64,000 nt of DNA, taken from Minisyncoccia bacterium. GTDB taxonomy: Bacteria; Patescibacteriota; Minisyncoccia; Phycocordibacterales; UBA918. The stretch covers positions 137,226-201,225 of the forward strand of contig JBKJIT010000004.1 of the NCBI GenBank assembly GCA_046598345.1. The letters are read 5' to 3'. The translations under genes were made by a program, and so were the position numbers. Every line of letters begins with the position of its first letter. Positions within the stretch are counted from its first letter, which is position 1. Shown one piece after another: positions 47,506-56,513 of the stretch. Below the pieces are notes generated by a model, which saw nothing but the letters and a program-made list of their open reading frames with translations, was not told where the DNA came from and did not search any database.

Positions 47506-48696
47506 TCATGAAAGATGCTTCTCACCACAGGTATGTAATTTGTGGAAAAAGCGAGCCTGAAGTGAAAGAAATAAGTCTCCCTCCTCACTTTCAACCATAT
47601 GTGGAAGCAGTGTCGGAGTAAGTTCAAGAAGTTTGAAGGTTTGTCCGGGAAGTGTACTTAAACATGAGATGACACGTGATTTTATGAAGTCGAGCATGCC
47701 AGGTTCTACGAGGAGGATAACCGTTTTCGGAATTGAGCGCTTTGAACTAATGAGTGCGCAAAGTTCATTGAATTTCTGGTCAAAAAGGGAGGCTTGCGCC
47801 TCAATGAGTGACTGGCTTTCATCGTGAAGTCTATTTTCTGCGAATGAACGAAGCATAGAAACAATATGTTCAGGCGTTTCTTTAGTCTTTTCGATAATTT
47901 CTCGAATGAGTGTGTTGTATCCATACAGGACTGAATGTGTCTCTTCAAGGAGTCCCCTTTCAATGAGAGCAAGTTCAGTTGCTTCACCCGTAACATGGAC
48001 GAGTGTCATATCCTCAGTCTCAGGAAAGAGATCACGAAAAACACAATAGGATGTAAACATCGACGTGTGGGTTTCGATCGGAGTGTCCGCAAATATCTTA
48101 TCTCGCACCTCAGTCACCGCATCAAGAATGTCCTTAAGTACAAAACCAGTTACTTCTGAGAGGGAGATATGCTGTCCTGATAGTTCTAGAGGATGCGCCA
48201 CGATGTACCCGTTTATGCGCACGTTCACTGTGGCACGCTCGATAACTTCATATTCACTTTTAAAAACAGCAGGATCATGAAGCTCACCTGTGTCGATATT
48301 GATGGCGCTTGTTGAAAGATCGGAAAGCAGTTCCTCCGTCACTTTAAATTCCTTTTCATTCTCAAACAGAACTTCACGAGAAAGTGTGTGTGCCCATGGA
48401 GAAGAAGAAACAAGGAAGAGTTTCTCAATGCGTGCTTTTGGATCAGCCAGAGCAAGTGCCTGAAGCCCATCGCGCGATAAAATAAGGCTTGCAGAAAAAA
48501 GAGTTTCTCGCATTTGGCGCATCCTGTCTTCCGGCGAGATCACACTTGCACCTATGCGCATATGGAGTCTGTGAGTAAAGATAAGTTTTGACTCATCCTT
48601 TTCCTTCATCAGTGCAAGAATTGCCACTCCGACGTTTCCCGAGTTTATATCAATAAGAATCCCATACTCTGGTTTTTCTTTAGACCTGCCAAACAT
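47506..48696 (-). CDS. Divergent FtsA-like actin-fold protein
   Basis: IDINSG.V N-terminal loop, INGY...P, LVHV.GE.TEL; weak similarity only. Confidence 0.5.
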   Translation of the reverse strand: MFGRSKEKPEYGILIDINSGNVGVAILALMKEKDESKLIFTHRLHMRIGASVISPEDRMRQMRETLFSASLILSRDGLQALALADPKARIEKLFLVSSSPWAHTLSREVLFENEKEFKVTEELLSDLSTSAINIDTGELHDPAVFKSEYEVIERATVNVRINGYIVAHPLELSGQHISLSEVTGFVLKDILDAVTEVRDKIFADTPIETHTSMFTSYCVFRDLFPETEDMTLVHVTGEATELALIERGLLEETHSVLYGYNTLIREIIEKTKETPEHIVSMLRSFAENRLHDESQSLIEAQASLFDQKFNELCALISSKRSIPKTVILLVEPGMLDFIKSRVISCLSTLPGQTFKLLELTPTLLPHMVESEEGDLFLSLQARFFHKLHTCGEKHLS

Positions 48697-48749
48697 GCAT
48701 ACAGTATACCCTCAATGCATACAGGTTTCTTGAATAATCTACAGGCAGC

Positions 48750-50726
48750 TTACTCGATTACTGCTTTGATGCGACGAACGCCCTGAGATGATGCTTCTTC
48801 TTTTATAATTTTGAACACACCGGTAATTGTTCCTGTGTTTTCTACGTGAGGCCCGCCACATAGTTCTCTTGAGTACACATTCCCCATTGTATCTTTGATC
48901 GTATACACGTGTACGGTATCTGGATATCGGTCCCAAAAACTTCCTTCAATAGTTGTGTCAGTCTCAGCCACACTCTTCTCGAGCGTTTCTGTGGTTACGT
49001 AAGCTCCAGCTTTGATTGCATCATTAACGTACTGCTCAACACTTCTCAAAACTGTAGCGTCAACTTTTCCGTTGTAGGTGAAGTCAAAACGAAGTCTTTC
49101 ATTGGTTATATTCGAGCCAGCTTGATGCACTCCTGTCCCCAGTTCTTTACGAAGGCCCGCAAGAAGGAGATGGGTTGCGGTGTGGTAACTCACCACTTTT
49201 TCTGAATGATCTGCCAGACCGCCTTTAAATTTTTGCTCAGCTCCTTTTCGTGAAAGTTCACGGTGCGCTTCCATGAGTTTCTTAAACCCACCGCGATCCA
49301 CCGTCAGTCCCTTTTCCTTTGCAATTTCTTCAGTAAGTTCAATAGGAAATCCGTACGTTGTAAAAAGCTCAAACGCGTTCTCCGCACTAATTTGCTTCTT
49401 TCCCGTCACCTCAGAGCGCTGCTTTGTATATAGTTGCTTTCCTTTGACAGTAATTGGAACGTTAAACTCATTAGAACGCTCTGTCTGTGTAGGGAGATCG
49501 ATGCGAAGAGAGATCTTATTGAATTGCTTGAGCCCCTGCTCAAGTGTCTTTCTAAACTGTGTTTCTTCCTCGGCGATAACTTCCTTGATCTTAGTCCTTG
49601 CGGTTTCGAGTTCTGGATATGCATCTTTAAAGAGCTCGATTACTGATTCACTAATATTCGACAGCTCATTCACTGGAACCTCAAGGACGTCAGCATACCG
49701 TACCGCTCTTCGGAGGAGACGCCGCACAAAATATCCTTGGTCGCTATTTGATGGGTACACTCCATCTCCAATCATGAGTACTGCTCCGCGGATGTGGTCT
49801 GAGATGATACGAAATGGAGTCTTGTTGCCCTCATACTTTTTTCCAGAGACAGCCTCAATACGTTCAATGATCTTTGCGAGAAGATCGACTTTAAACATGT
49901 CTGGCTCGTTGTTTGCTGCAGCAGCCATACGCTCAAGTCCTCCGCCAAAGTCAACGTTTTGCGCAGGAAGTTTCGCGAAGCTACCGTCAGCCTGCTTGAT
50001 GTATTCCATAAAGACCGAGTTTCCGATCTCCATGAATCGGCCACAGTCGCAATTCGGATGACAGTGCGCACCAAACCTTGTATCGTGCTCTGTCGCAAAA
50101 TCGTAAAAGACTTCGCTGTCTGGCCCTCCTGGCTCTCCAGGAGGCATGTTTCCAGGGACGCCAGCTCTACTCCACCAGTTTTTTTTCGCCTCGTAGTAAA
50201 AAATACGTTCGCCTTCTTTTATTCCACGCTCTCCGCCACGAGCTTCAGAGCCAATATGTGCAACCAGAGAAGAAACACCTCTTTCTAAAAATAATTTCTG
50301 TAAAATGGCGACGGCCTCATCGTCTTTAGGAAGATTGTGTGTTTCGTCTCCAGCAAAGACTGATGCATACAGGCGCGCCGGGTCGATATGGAGTTCATCA
50401 ATGAGAAACGTGTAAATCCATGTGAGCTGCTCTTCTTTGAAATAGTCACCGAGGGACCAGTTCCCAAGCATTTCGAAAAAAGTTGTATGACGATTATCTC
50501 CCACCTCTTCTATATCTTCAGCACGAAAGCATTTTTGTGAATCTGCGATACGTGTCCCCTTGGGATGTGATTCACCAAGTAAGTACGGAACCATAGGTTG
50601 CATACCGCTTCCCGTAAATAAAGTAGTGGGGTCATTTTCAGGCACGAGACGAGATGACGGAATAATTGCATGCCCGTGCTGCGCCATAAAATCGAGGTAT
50701 TTCTTTCGGATATCGTTTCCTGACAT
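48750..50726 (-). CDS. alaS: Alanine--tRNA ligase lacking the C-Ala domain
   Basis: DPTTLFT.SGMQ, HTTFFEMLGNWS.GDYFK, HTATHLL and ELCGGPHV editing motifs; ends at GVRRIKA. Confidence 0.96.
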   Translation of the reverse strand: MSGNDIRKKYLDFMAQHGHAIIPSSRLVPENDPTTLFTGSGMQPMVPYLLGESHPKGTRIADSQKCFRAEDIEEVGDNRHTTFFEMLGNWSLGDYFKEEQLTWIYTFLIDELHIDPARLYASVFAGDETHNLPKDDEAVAILQKLFLERGVSSLVAHIGSEARGGERGIKEGERIFYYEAKKNWWSRAGVPGNMPPGEPGGPDSEVFYDFATEHDTRFGAHCHPNCDCGRFMEIGNSVFMEYIKQADGSFAKLPAQNVDFGGGLERMAAAANNEPDMFKVDLLAKIIERIEAVSGKKYEGNKTPFRIISDHIRGAVLMIGDGVYPSNSDQGYFVRRLLRRAVRYADVLEVPVNELSNISESVIELFKDAYPELETARTKIKEVIAEEETQFRKTLEQGLKQFNKISLRIDLPTQTERSNEFNVPITVKGKQLYTKQRSEVTGKKQISAENAFELFTTYGFPIELTEEIAKEKGLTVDRGGFKKLMEAHRELSRKGAEQKFKGGLADHSEKVVSYHTATHLLLAGLRKELGTGVHQAGSNITNERLRFDFTYNGKVDATVLRSVEQYVNDAIKAGAYVTTETLEKSVAETDTTIEGSFWDRYPDTVHVYTIKDTMGNVYSRELCGGPHVENTGTITGVFKIIKEEASSQGVRRIKAVIE

Positions 50727-50807
50727 ACGGAGGTCACTATACAAGAAAATATGCTAGAAAAAAAGCGTTCGTTCTGATGATTTCATAAGTGATACATTTT
50801 GCCCGCC

Positions 50808-51086
50808 CTAATTTCCAAATGCTGACTGAAGGAGTGCTGAACAATCTTCTCCAATACATGAGAAGAATTCTGTTGAAGCTTGATAGAAAATAATTTCAAA
50901 TGCGTACCCAAGCACAATAAGACCAAGTCCAATGAAAGTGAGCACGTGTTCTCGCTTAATAGCGCTCAGGACTTTTCCATCAATTGAATGCTCCCTTAGA
51001 ATCCACATGTGGACACGAAGTACAGCCATACCAACTATAAGTTTTCCGACAGTGCCGATTGTAATTCCCCATAAGAGTAAATTCAT
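50808..51086 (-). CDS. Small membrane protein
   Basis: 92 aa with two hydrophobic segments. Confidence 0.6.
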   Translation of the reverse strand: MNLLLWGITIGTVGKLIVGMAVLRVHMWILREHSIDGKVLSAIKREHVLTFIGLGLIVLGYAFEIIFYQASTEFFSCIGEDCSALLQSAFGN

Positions 51087-51151
51087 ACAAGCATGATTAC
51101 ACACAATACCTTGAGAGGTATCTCCAAATGTGTATAACAGCGCTCTTCCTG

Positions 51152-52420
51152 CTACGAGGTAATGCCTGCTCCCTCTTGGGTAACTGGACCAGCGCAACTT
51201 ATAATGAGACTTTCCGGGTGGAGGTGCGCTTTTAGTGCTGCGTTAATCTCGTCAATCTTAAGTTCGTGCATATTTTCAACATCCTCGATAAGCTTCATTT
51301 CATCCTCGCCGTGGAGGAATGCTCTGTGGTAGAGCGTTAGTCTGCGCGCGTTTGATTCGTGTCCGATGAGGAACTGGTTGTGTAAAATTTCCTTAAAAAC
51401 TTTTAGTTCTCGTTCAGTGATTCCCTTAGTTTTGATGCGTGTAATTTCACGAAGCGTGGCCTTAATTCCCTTTTCAAGATCCTTCCCTGAAAAAAATGTA
51501 AAGACATTCCAATGCCCCGTTGAGAGTGTATTTATATACGAAGCTTTTGCGTAAATTCCGTAGGTTAGACCTTCCTTTTCACGAATGGTGCTCATGAGGC
51601 GGCCTGTAAATCCACCAACTTTACCTAAAACGCTGAGTCCAAAGACAAAGGGTAGATATTCTGCATCAGAAGGTGTAAAAGGTAACCGGTTACCGATTCG
51701 CACTTCAACGTTTGTTTTGCCTGGTATTGTGGTGAAATGAGTTTGTTTTTTTGGAATGGCGGGTTCTTTGAAGACTCGCGATACCATTGTGGCGCTCGCT
51801 TCAAATCGCTTCAGCGTGCTCCCGATGCTCTTTGCTGTGTCTGGGGTTCCTACGATAGAGATATACCATTCGCCTCCCTGGATAGCCTTCATAAGCGTGC
51901 GCAGTTTAGGTTCATCTATCTTGCTCACCTGCTTCTTTTGCATTTCGAGCGTATCCCAGGAAAGGAAAGATTTTTTTGGATAGAGAAGGTTCATAAATTG
52001 CATTTCAGCTATATGTTTCGTGCTGTCATGCATTTCTCGGTTTTCTTCGAGCATAAGCCGTTTCGTCTTGGTCACATCCCCGAGCTTAAATTTAGGATTA
52101 AAGACCAATTCTTCAATAAGCGTTGCACACTTCTTAAAAGTTTTTTTCTGCGCGGTGACTTGATAGTGCACAAATCCCGCGGATGCTGAAACCGTGAGTA
52201 CAATGCCATGCTTTCGTATGTATGCATCAATCTCTGTTTCGGTCATTGATTTTGTGCCAGAGAGAGCGAGGTGGTTATAGGCATCGAGGATGATGTCGGA
52301 GTGAGTAGTGTGGTAGTCCTTAATTTTGGAGGTAAAGGTTGCTTTGACGATACGTGCATCGAGTGGCGCAATTGTTTGCACACCGACCCCACCCTTTTGT
52401 AGTCTCGTGGTGTAAATCAT
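51152..52420 (-). CDS. M16 peptidase, non-catalytic subunit
   Basis: GRLM..IREKEGLTY motif; no HxxEH; ATGA overlap with the catalytic partner. Confidence 0.85.
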   Translation of the reverse strand: MIYTTRLQKGGVGVQTIAPLDARIVKATFTSKIKDYHTTHSDIILDAYNHLALSGTKSMTETEIDAYIRKHGIVLTVSASAGFVHYQVTAQKKTFKKCATLIEELVFNPKFKLGDVTKTKRLMLEENREMHDSTKHIAEMQFMNLLYPKKSFLSWDTLEMQKKQVSKIDEPKLRTLMKAIQGGEWYISIVGTPDTAKSIGSTLKRFEASATMVSRVFKEPAIPKKQTHFTTIPGKTNVEVRIGNRLPFTPSDAEYLPFVFGLSVLGKVGGFTGRLMSTIREKEGLTYGIYAKASYINTLSTGHWNVFTFFSGKDLEKGIKATLREITRIKTKGITERELKVFKEILHNQFLIGHESNARRLTLYHRAFLHGEDEMKLIEDVENMHELKIDEINAALKAHLHPESLIISCAGPVTQEGAGITS

Positions 52421-53733
52421 ACTTGTGAAATTGGTACTATAGTCCCAACAATTGATTTGCTTGTTCTAAGATATGTTCGAACTGCTTGCTGAATCTCTAG
52501 TGCAGTAATGCTACATAATTCTTCAAGGCTCTCCGTGTACCGTTTCCAATCGCCACATGCGACGTACTCAGCGAGCTGGAGCGCAACATTAAGCGTGCCA
52601 TCGCGCGAAAAGAGCTCAGATGCATAGGCGTGAGCGATGAGTTCTTCGAGTCGATTCTTTGAAATAAGGCTATTTTTTAGCTTGTCTATTTCCATACGAA
52701 CAATACGCTCAATTTCCTCATATGAAGATTTCTCTGCAGCGCTTACTTGGAAAAGTGCAAGATACGGATCCTTTGTGGGGTAAATATTTCCATCAATACT
52801 CGTTGCGAGATTAGTCTCAACCAACTTCTTGTACAGGATACTCGTCTTCCCATCGGTAAGATGAAGGAGCGCAATAAGAAGTGCGTTCCAGGCTCGATCA
52901 GTACTTCTAGGTGCTTTGAATGCAAGAGACAGAACACGAAGTGGTGTATTGCGCTCAAGAGAGACACGGCGCACTCCTTCCTGGGGAACATCCGTGATGC
53001 CCGCATCGTGTGCAAATTGTCCATTTCGTGGAATGCTCCCAAAGCTATCAGAAATTGCTTCAATAAGTTCAACTTCACTTACATCCCCCGCAATAATAAG
53101 CGTCGCATTATTTGGCCAGTAATATCGATCATAGAAACTCTGAAGTTTTTTTGTTGTGTATGCTTCTATATCTGTACGAAAACCAATAGTATCGTGCTTA
53201 TAGCCATGAGACTGAAAGGCGGATGCAACAAGATTCCAGTCGAGCGCACTCTCAGGATTGCTGTTATACATCTCATACTCACTGAGGACATTTGCACGTT
53301 CTGGTTCAAATTCCTTCTTCGTGAGCTTCACATTTCGCATACGGTCTGCTTCTACAAATAGCATCTCAGGGAGGTACTGTTTCGGAAGATTGAAGTAATA
53401 CAGCGTGCGATCTAGCCAGGTGGTCGCGTTGTAAACCGCCCCTTTCTCTTCAAGCATACGCCACGTTGGACCCTCAGTGCCGGTTTGCTTAAAAAGCATG
53501 TGCTCGAGCATGTGCGCGAGACCAGTTTCACCCTTCCCTTCGTGCTGTGAACCGATGTGGTAGACGAGGCAGCTCGTAACTGTTGGGCTTCCAGGGACAT
53601 GCGCAAAGAGCACCTTTAGATCATTTGTTTCAAGGCGGTATTCAGTAATATTTTCTACACGATCAATCATCGTAAGCCTTGAGAGTGGTTTCTGTCGTTT
53701 TTTTGTTTTATCTGTTGGTGCTTTTTTGGACAT
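52417..53733 (-). CDS. M16 zinc peptidase, catalytic subunit
   Basis: GLAHMLEHMLFK, NATT..DRT.Y, YWPNNA. Confidence 0.93.
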   Translation of the reverse strand: MSKKAPTDKTKKRQKPLSRLTMIDRVENITEYRLETNDLKVLFAHVPGSPTVTSCLVYHIGSQHEGKGETGLAHMLEHMLFKQTGTEGPTWRMLEEKGAVYNATTWLDRTLYYFNLPKQYLPEMLFVEADRMRNVKLTKKEFEPERANVLSEYEMYNSNPESALDWNLVASAFQSHGYKHDTIGFRTDIEAYTTKKLQSFYDRYYWPNNATLIIAGDVSEVELIEAISDSFGSIPRNGQFAHDAGITDVPQEGVRRVSLERNTPLRVLSLAFKAPRSTDRAWNALLIALLHLTDGKTSILYKKLVETNLATSIDGNIYPTKDPYLALFQVSAAEKSSYEEIERIVRMEIDKLKNSLISKNRLEELIAHAYASELFSRDGTLNVALQLAEYVACGDWKRYTESLEELCSITALEIQQAVRTYLRTSKSIVGTIVPISQV

Positions 53734-54301
53734 CTTCAATAAAGTTGCAATACTCCTTAAATACATGATTAAACTCAGCGAGGATAGTGTTCTTTAGCTT
53801 GCGATTGAGAATATTACTCATTTCTCGATAGATCATCAAGCGTTCTTCCAATGAGCCGCCGAAGTCCGCAATAAATTGCGAGTGGTTGTCGTAATACTCT
53901 TCTACGATACAACGCATGTTGTGAATCTTGTCTGCCGTCGCAACGATGAGCGAAGCTTCCTTCGCATCATTCAGTTGCTTCACATAGCGCTTTTTATGTT
54001 CTTTCCAGGACATCGATGCACCTTCTTCCGGTTCTGGTTCGGTGACCGCACGAACTAAGTCCAGCACCGTACCCCCAAAATCATTTTGCAATTCCTTTTC
54101 CGTGTAATCGGTGTCTTCCAATGTGTCATGGAGAAGTGCTGCAATGATGGTATCTTCATCGTTCGTGTAATCAGCTACAAGGAACGCAACTGCGTAGAGA
54201 TGCGTGACGTATGGGTACGGTGTTTGACCTCGTCGCACCTGCCCCTTATGAAGGACAGAAGCTGCACGGATGGCCTGTTCGATACGGTATGAGTAACTCA
54301 T
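53708..54301 (-). CDS. HD-domain protein, stand-alone RelA/SpoT hydrolase-like (MESH1/SAH)
   Basis: H.GQ.R, PY..H, AALLHDTLEDT, ADKIHN. Confidence 0.85.
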   Translation of the reverse strand: MSYSYRIEQAIRAASVLHKGQVRRGQTPYPYVTHLYAVAFLVADYTNDEDTIIAALLHDTLEDTDYTEKELQNDFGGTVLDLVRAVTEPEPEEGASMSWKEHKKRYVKQLNDAKEASLIVATADKIHNMRCIVEEYYDNHSQFIADFGGSLEERLMIYREMSNILNRKLKNTILAEFNHVFKEYCNFIEDVQKSTNR

Positions 54302-54308
54302 TATAGAT

Positions 54309-54629
54309 TCACTTCTTTTTTTGTTGCTCTAAGCGAATATTTTCAGATATTTTGCTACGCTCGGCACTTTTGCGAGTTCGCTCACTCGTGAGTTTTGCTT
54401 TTTCATCAGCAATTTCATCATGTTTGCTGCGTAGGTCGTGCTCTTTCCGTTCCGCATCATTCAGTTTCTGATTAGCCTTCTGTACTTCCCCCTCCTCGCC
54501 TTCACGATCACGGGTCGCCTTCGTCAAGTCATCATGTAAGTGTCGCTCATCACTCGTCAGTTTTTCAAGTTTTTGATTGAGCTTATCGAGCTCTCCATCA
54601 ATTTTTTTCAAATCATCTTCTTTGCTCAT
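54309..54629 (-). CDS. Highly charged coiled-coil hypothetical protein
   Basis: 106 aa, K/E/D-rich heptad pattern. Confidence 0.65.
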   Translation of the reverse strand: MSKEDDLKKIDGELDKLNQKLEKLTSDERHLHDDLTKATRDREGEEGEVQKANQKLNDAERKEHDLRSKHDEIADEKAKLTSERTRKSAERSKISENIRLEQQKKK

Positions 54630-54643
54630 ATACGGTACAGTAT

Positions 54644-54934
54644 TTAAATATTAGCAGCCTGCTTCTCCTTTGCGAGTAATTTTTCTTTTGCTACAATGCC
54701 GCCCCTATTATAGCCTCCCATTTTGCCATCTGCACGAATAACCCGGTGACAAGGGACGGTAGGGTCATAATTTGCAGCCATAACTCGTGCAACAGCTCGG
54801 AAGGCCAAAGGATTCCCGGCCTGTATAGCCACCTCTTTGTAGGAAAGTGTCTTTCCAAGCGGAATGCTACGCACCACAGCACGCACTGCGTCACTAAACG
54901 ACACATTTTTATTTCTTGATTGCTTTTGTAGCAT
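54644..54934 (-). CDS. O6-methylguanine-DNA methyltransferase (MGMT) domain protein
   Basis: IP.G...SY..VA, RAV, PCHRV. Confidence 0.9.
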   Translation of the reverse strand: MLQKQSRNKNVSFSDAVRAVVRSIPLGKTLSYKEVAIQAGNPLAFRAVARVMAANYDPTVPCHRVIRADGKMGGYNRGGIVAKEKLLAKEKQAANI

Positions 54935-55736
54935 GTTTTTTCACTCCTCGCTTACTTGATTCTGCCAAGTGTATAGCTTGTAATTTCTTCCCACACGCTT
55001 CTCGGTACGGGCAAAACTCACAAGATTGACCAACTGGAGGTATTTCATCACTGTTAAGGCATGTGTGGATGGTTTCAAGCGTAGTTGGAATCCAGGATGC
55101 GTCTCCTTCGCAGGGAATGAGGGTTACATCAAAAGATAGTATTGCATCAAATTTCTCACTTGAAGTAAGTGCGTTGGCATAGAGAATGTATCCGACCGGA
55201 GCAACCTTGAATCCATTCTGTGCAAAGAGCCACTGGTAGACGCCAATTTGCCTTCGATACTGACTCTCCCAGGGTGAATCAGAAAGACTTACGATCCGAT
55301 CTGCTTTAGACGTAGCTTTGTAGTCGACAATAATGAGTGAATCATCGTCTTGCTGCCAAATGTCATCCACTGCACCTGAAACTACAAGTCCAGTCTTTTC
55401 ATGCGTACACGAAATTCCTTGGAATGGGTCTCGCCAGCTATCTAGTTCTGTATGAGCAAATGGAATTACATTCAGTCCATGCTCTTCCATAATTCTGTGA
55501 CGCGTCTTCGCTATGCGATGCAGGTCAAATTCTTTTTTAAAAAGTGTATCGACGACAATATTAAGATTAAACGACGGAATACTAGGTCGTTTGGTACCAA
55601 GTTTGTTATCAATATAGAAACAGCGAGGACATTCGAGGAAAAGATCAATTTTGGAGCGTGAGAGTCGCCATTTTGCACCGCCATAATTCCACTCAGCACT
55701 TCTCGTGGGATTATATTTCTTCACGTACTCTGACAT
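54909..55736 (-). CDS. PD-(D/E)xK nuclease, AddB/Cas4-like with Cys cluster
   Basis: CPRCFY, GAVDD, VDYKA, Q...Y, C-terminal CEFCPYREAC. Confidence 0.85.
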   Translation of the reverse strand: MSEYVKKYNPTRSAEWNYGGAKWRLSRSKIDLFLECPRCFYIDNKLGTKRPSIPSFNLNIVVDTLFKKEFDLHRIAKTRHRIMEEHGLNVIPFAHTELDSWRDPFQGISCTHEKTGLVVSGAVDDIWQQDDDSLIIVDYKATSKADRIVSLSDSPWESQYRRQIGVYQWLFAQNGFKVAPVGYILYANALTSSEKFDAILSFDVTLIPCEGDASWIPTTLETIHTCLNSDEIPPVGQSCEFCPYREACGKKLQAIHLAESSKRGVKKHATKAIKK

Positions 55737-55761
55737 GTCACACAGTGTAGCACTTCAGAGA

Positions 55762-55806
55762 GAGACAAAGCAAAACCCTCAATTTCTTAAGGGTTTTGCT
55801 TTGTCT
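55762..55806 (-). terminator. Rho-independent terminator
   Basis: AGACAAAGCAAAACCCT-loop-AGGGTTTTGCTTTGTCT. Confidence 0.8.
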
Positions 55807-55820
55807 TTTCGATTGAGTTG

Positions 55821-56378
55821 CTATTCTGCCTTGAATGATGCGGAAACTCCTTCCACAACCTTGTCAGTTGCAGTAAGAAACTTTTTGTCACCGTTATCAC
55901 TGAAATAGACTACTTGGTAGGTGCTTCCAGCTACAGTGCTTCGGAGTAGTGGTACAGAAGTTGGTGTAAGTCCGTCTGCAGTGTTAAAACGTGCTGCACC
56001 AAGAACTTTTCCTGCTACACCGTTTACATAATCACGAACTACAATCCATCCTGCGTTACTCGGGTATGTCGTGTTACCAAGGGCAACACTCGTGCCAGCT
56101 TTTTGATTAACGACTGTAAGTCGCGCATCACCTGCTGTCGCTGTGCTCGCATTCGGAGTTGCTCCCGGGGTTGCTACAACCTTGTCGGCAGTAGTCTTAG
56201 TGGTAACTGGTGTTCGATCATCAGTAGATGTGGCTTCAGTATCGTTATCCTTTAGTGTATCGACAACTTCCTTTTCAGGTGCTGATGAAAATACCCACAC
56301 GAGAAGACCTCCAATGAGAAGTCCAGCAATAAACGCTACTACGGTCTTCTGCCCTTCCTGCTTTTCTGTTTCTGACAT
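55821..56378 (-). CDS. Membrane-anchored Thr-rich hypothetical protein
   Basis: N-terminal TM, T-rich linker, beta-rich C-terminal domain. Confidence 0.7.
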   Translation of the reverse strand: MSETEKQEGQKTVVAFIAGLLIGGLLVWVFSSAPEKEVVDTLKDNDTEATSTDDRTPVTTKTTADKVVATPGATPNASTATAGDARLTVVNQKAGTSVALGNTTYPSNAGWIVVRDYVNGVAGKVLGAARFNTADGLTPTSVPLLRSTVAGSTYQVVYFSDNGDKKFLTATDKVVEGVSASFKAE

Positions 56379-56513
56379 AATTTCTTATCTTCAAATCTTC
56401 CTATAATGCCTAGTAATGATGGGGCGATTATAGCATGCATTTTTTTACAATGGCGCCATAGCGTCAAATACGTCATATTTTAGGGAAAAATGTCAATGTA
56501 CAGTGCAGAGAGC

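Noticed and set aside
49273-50061. 262-aa + strand ORF, and similar long antisense ORFs at 26496-27149, 52747-53361 and 21060-21563
   Set aside because: They lie opposite well-conserved genes (alaS, pepA, M16, dac) and have no recognisable motifs.
54909-55736. Cas4-like nuclease as evidence of a CRISPR-Cas locus
   Set aside because: No direct-repeat/spacer array, cas1 or cas2 is seen in the window.
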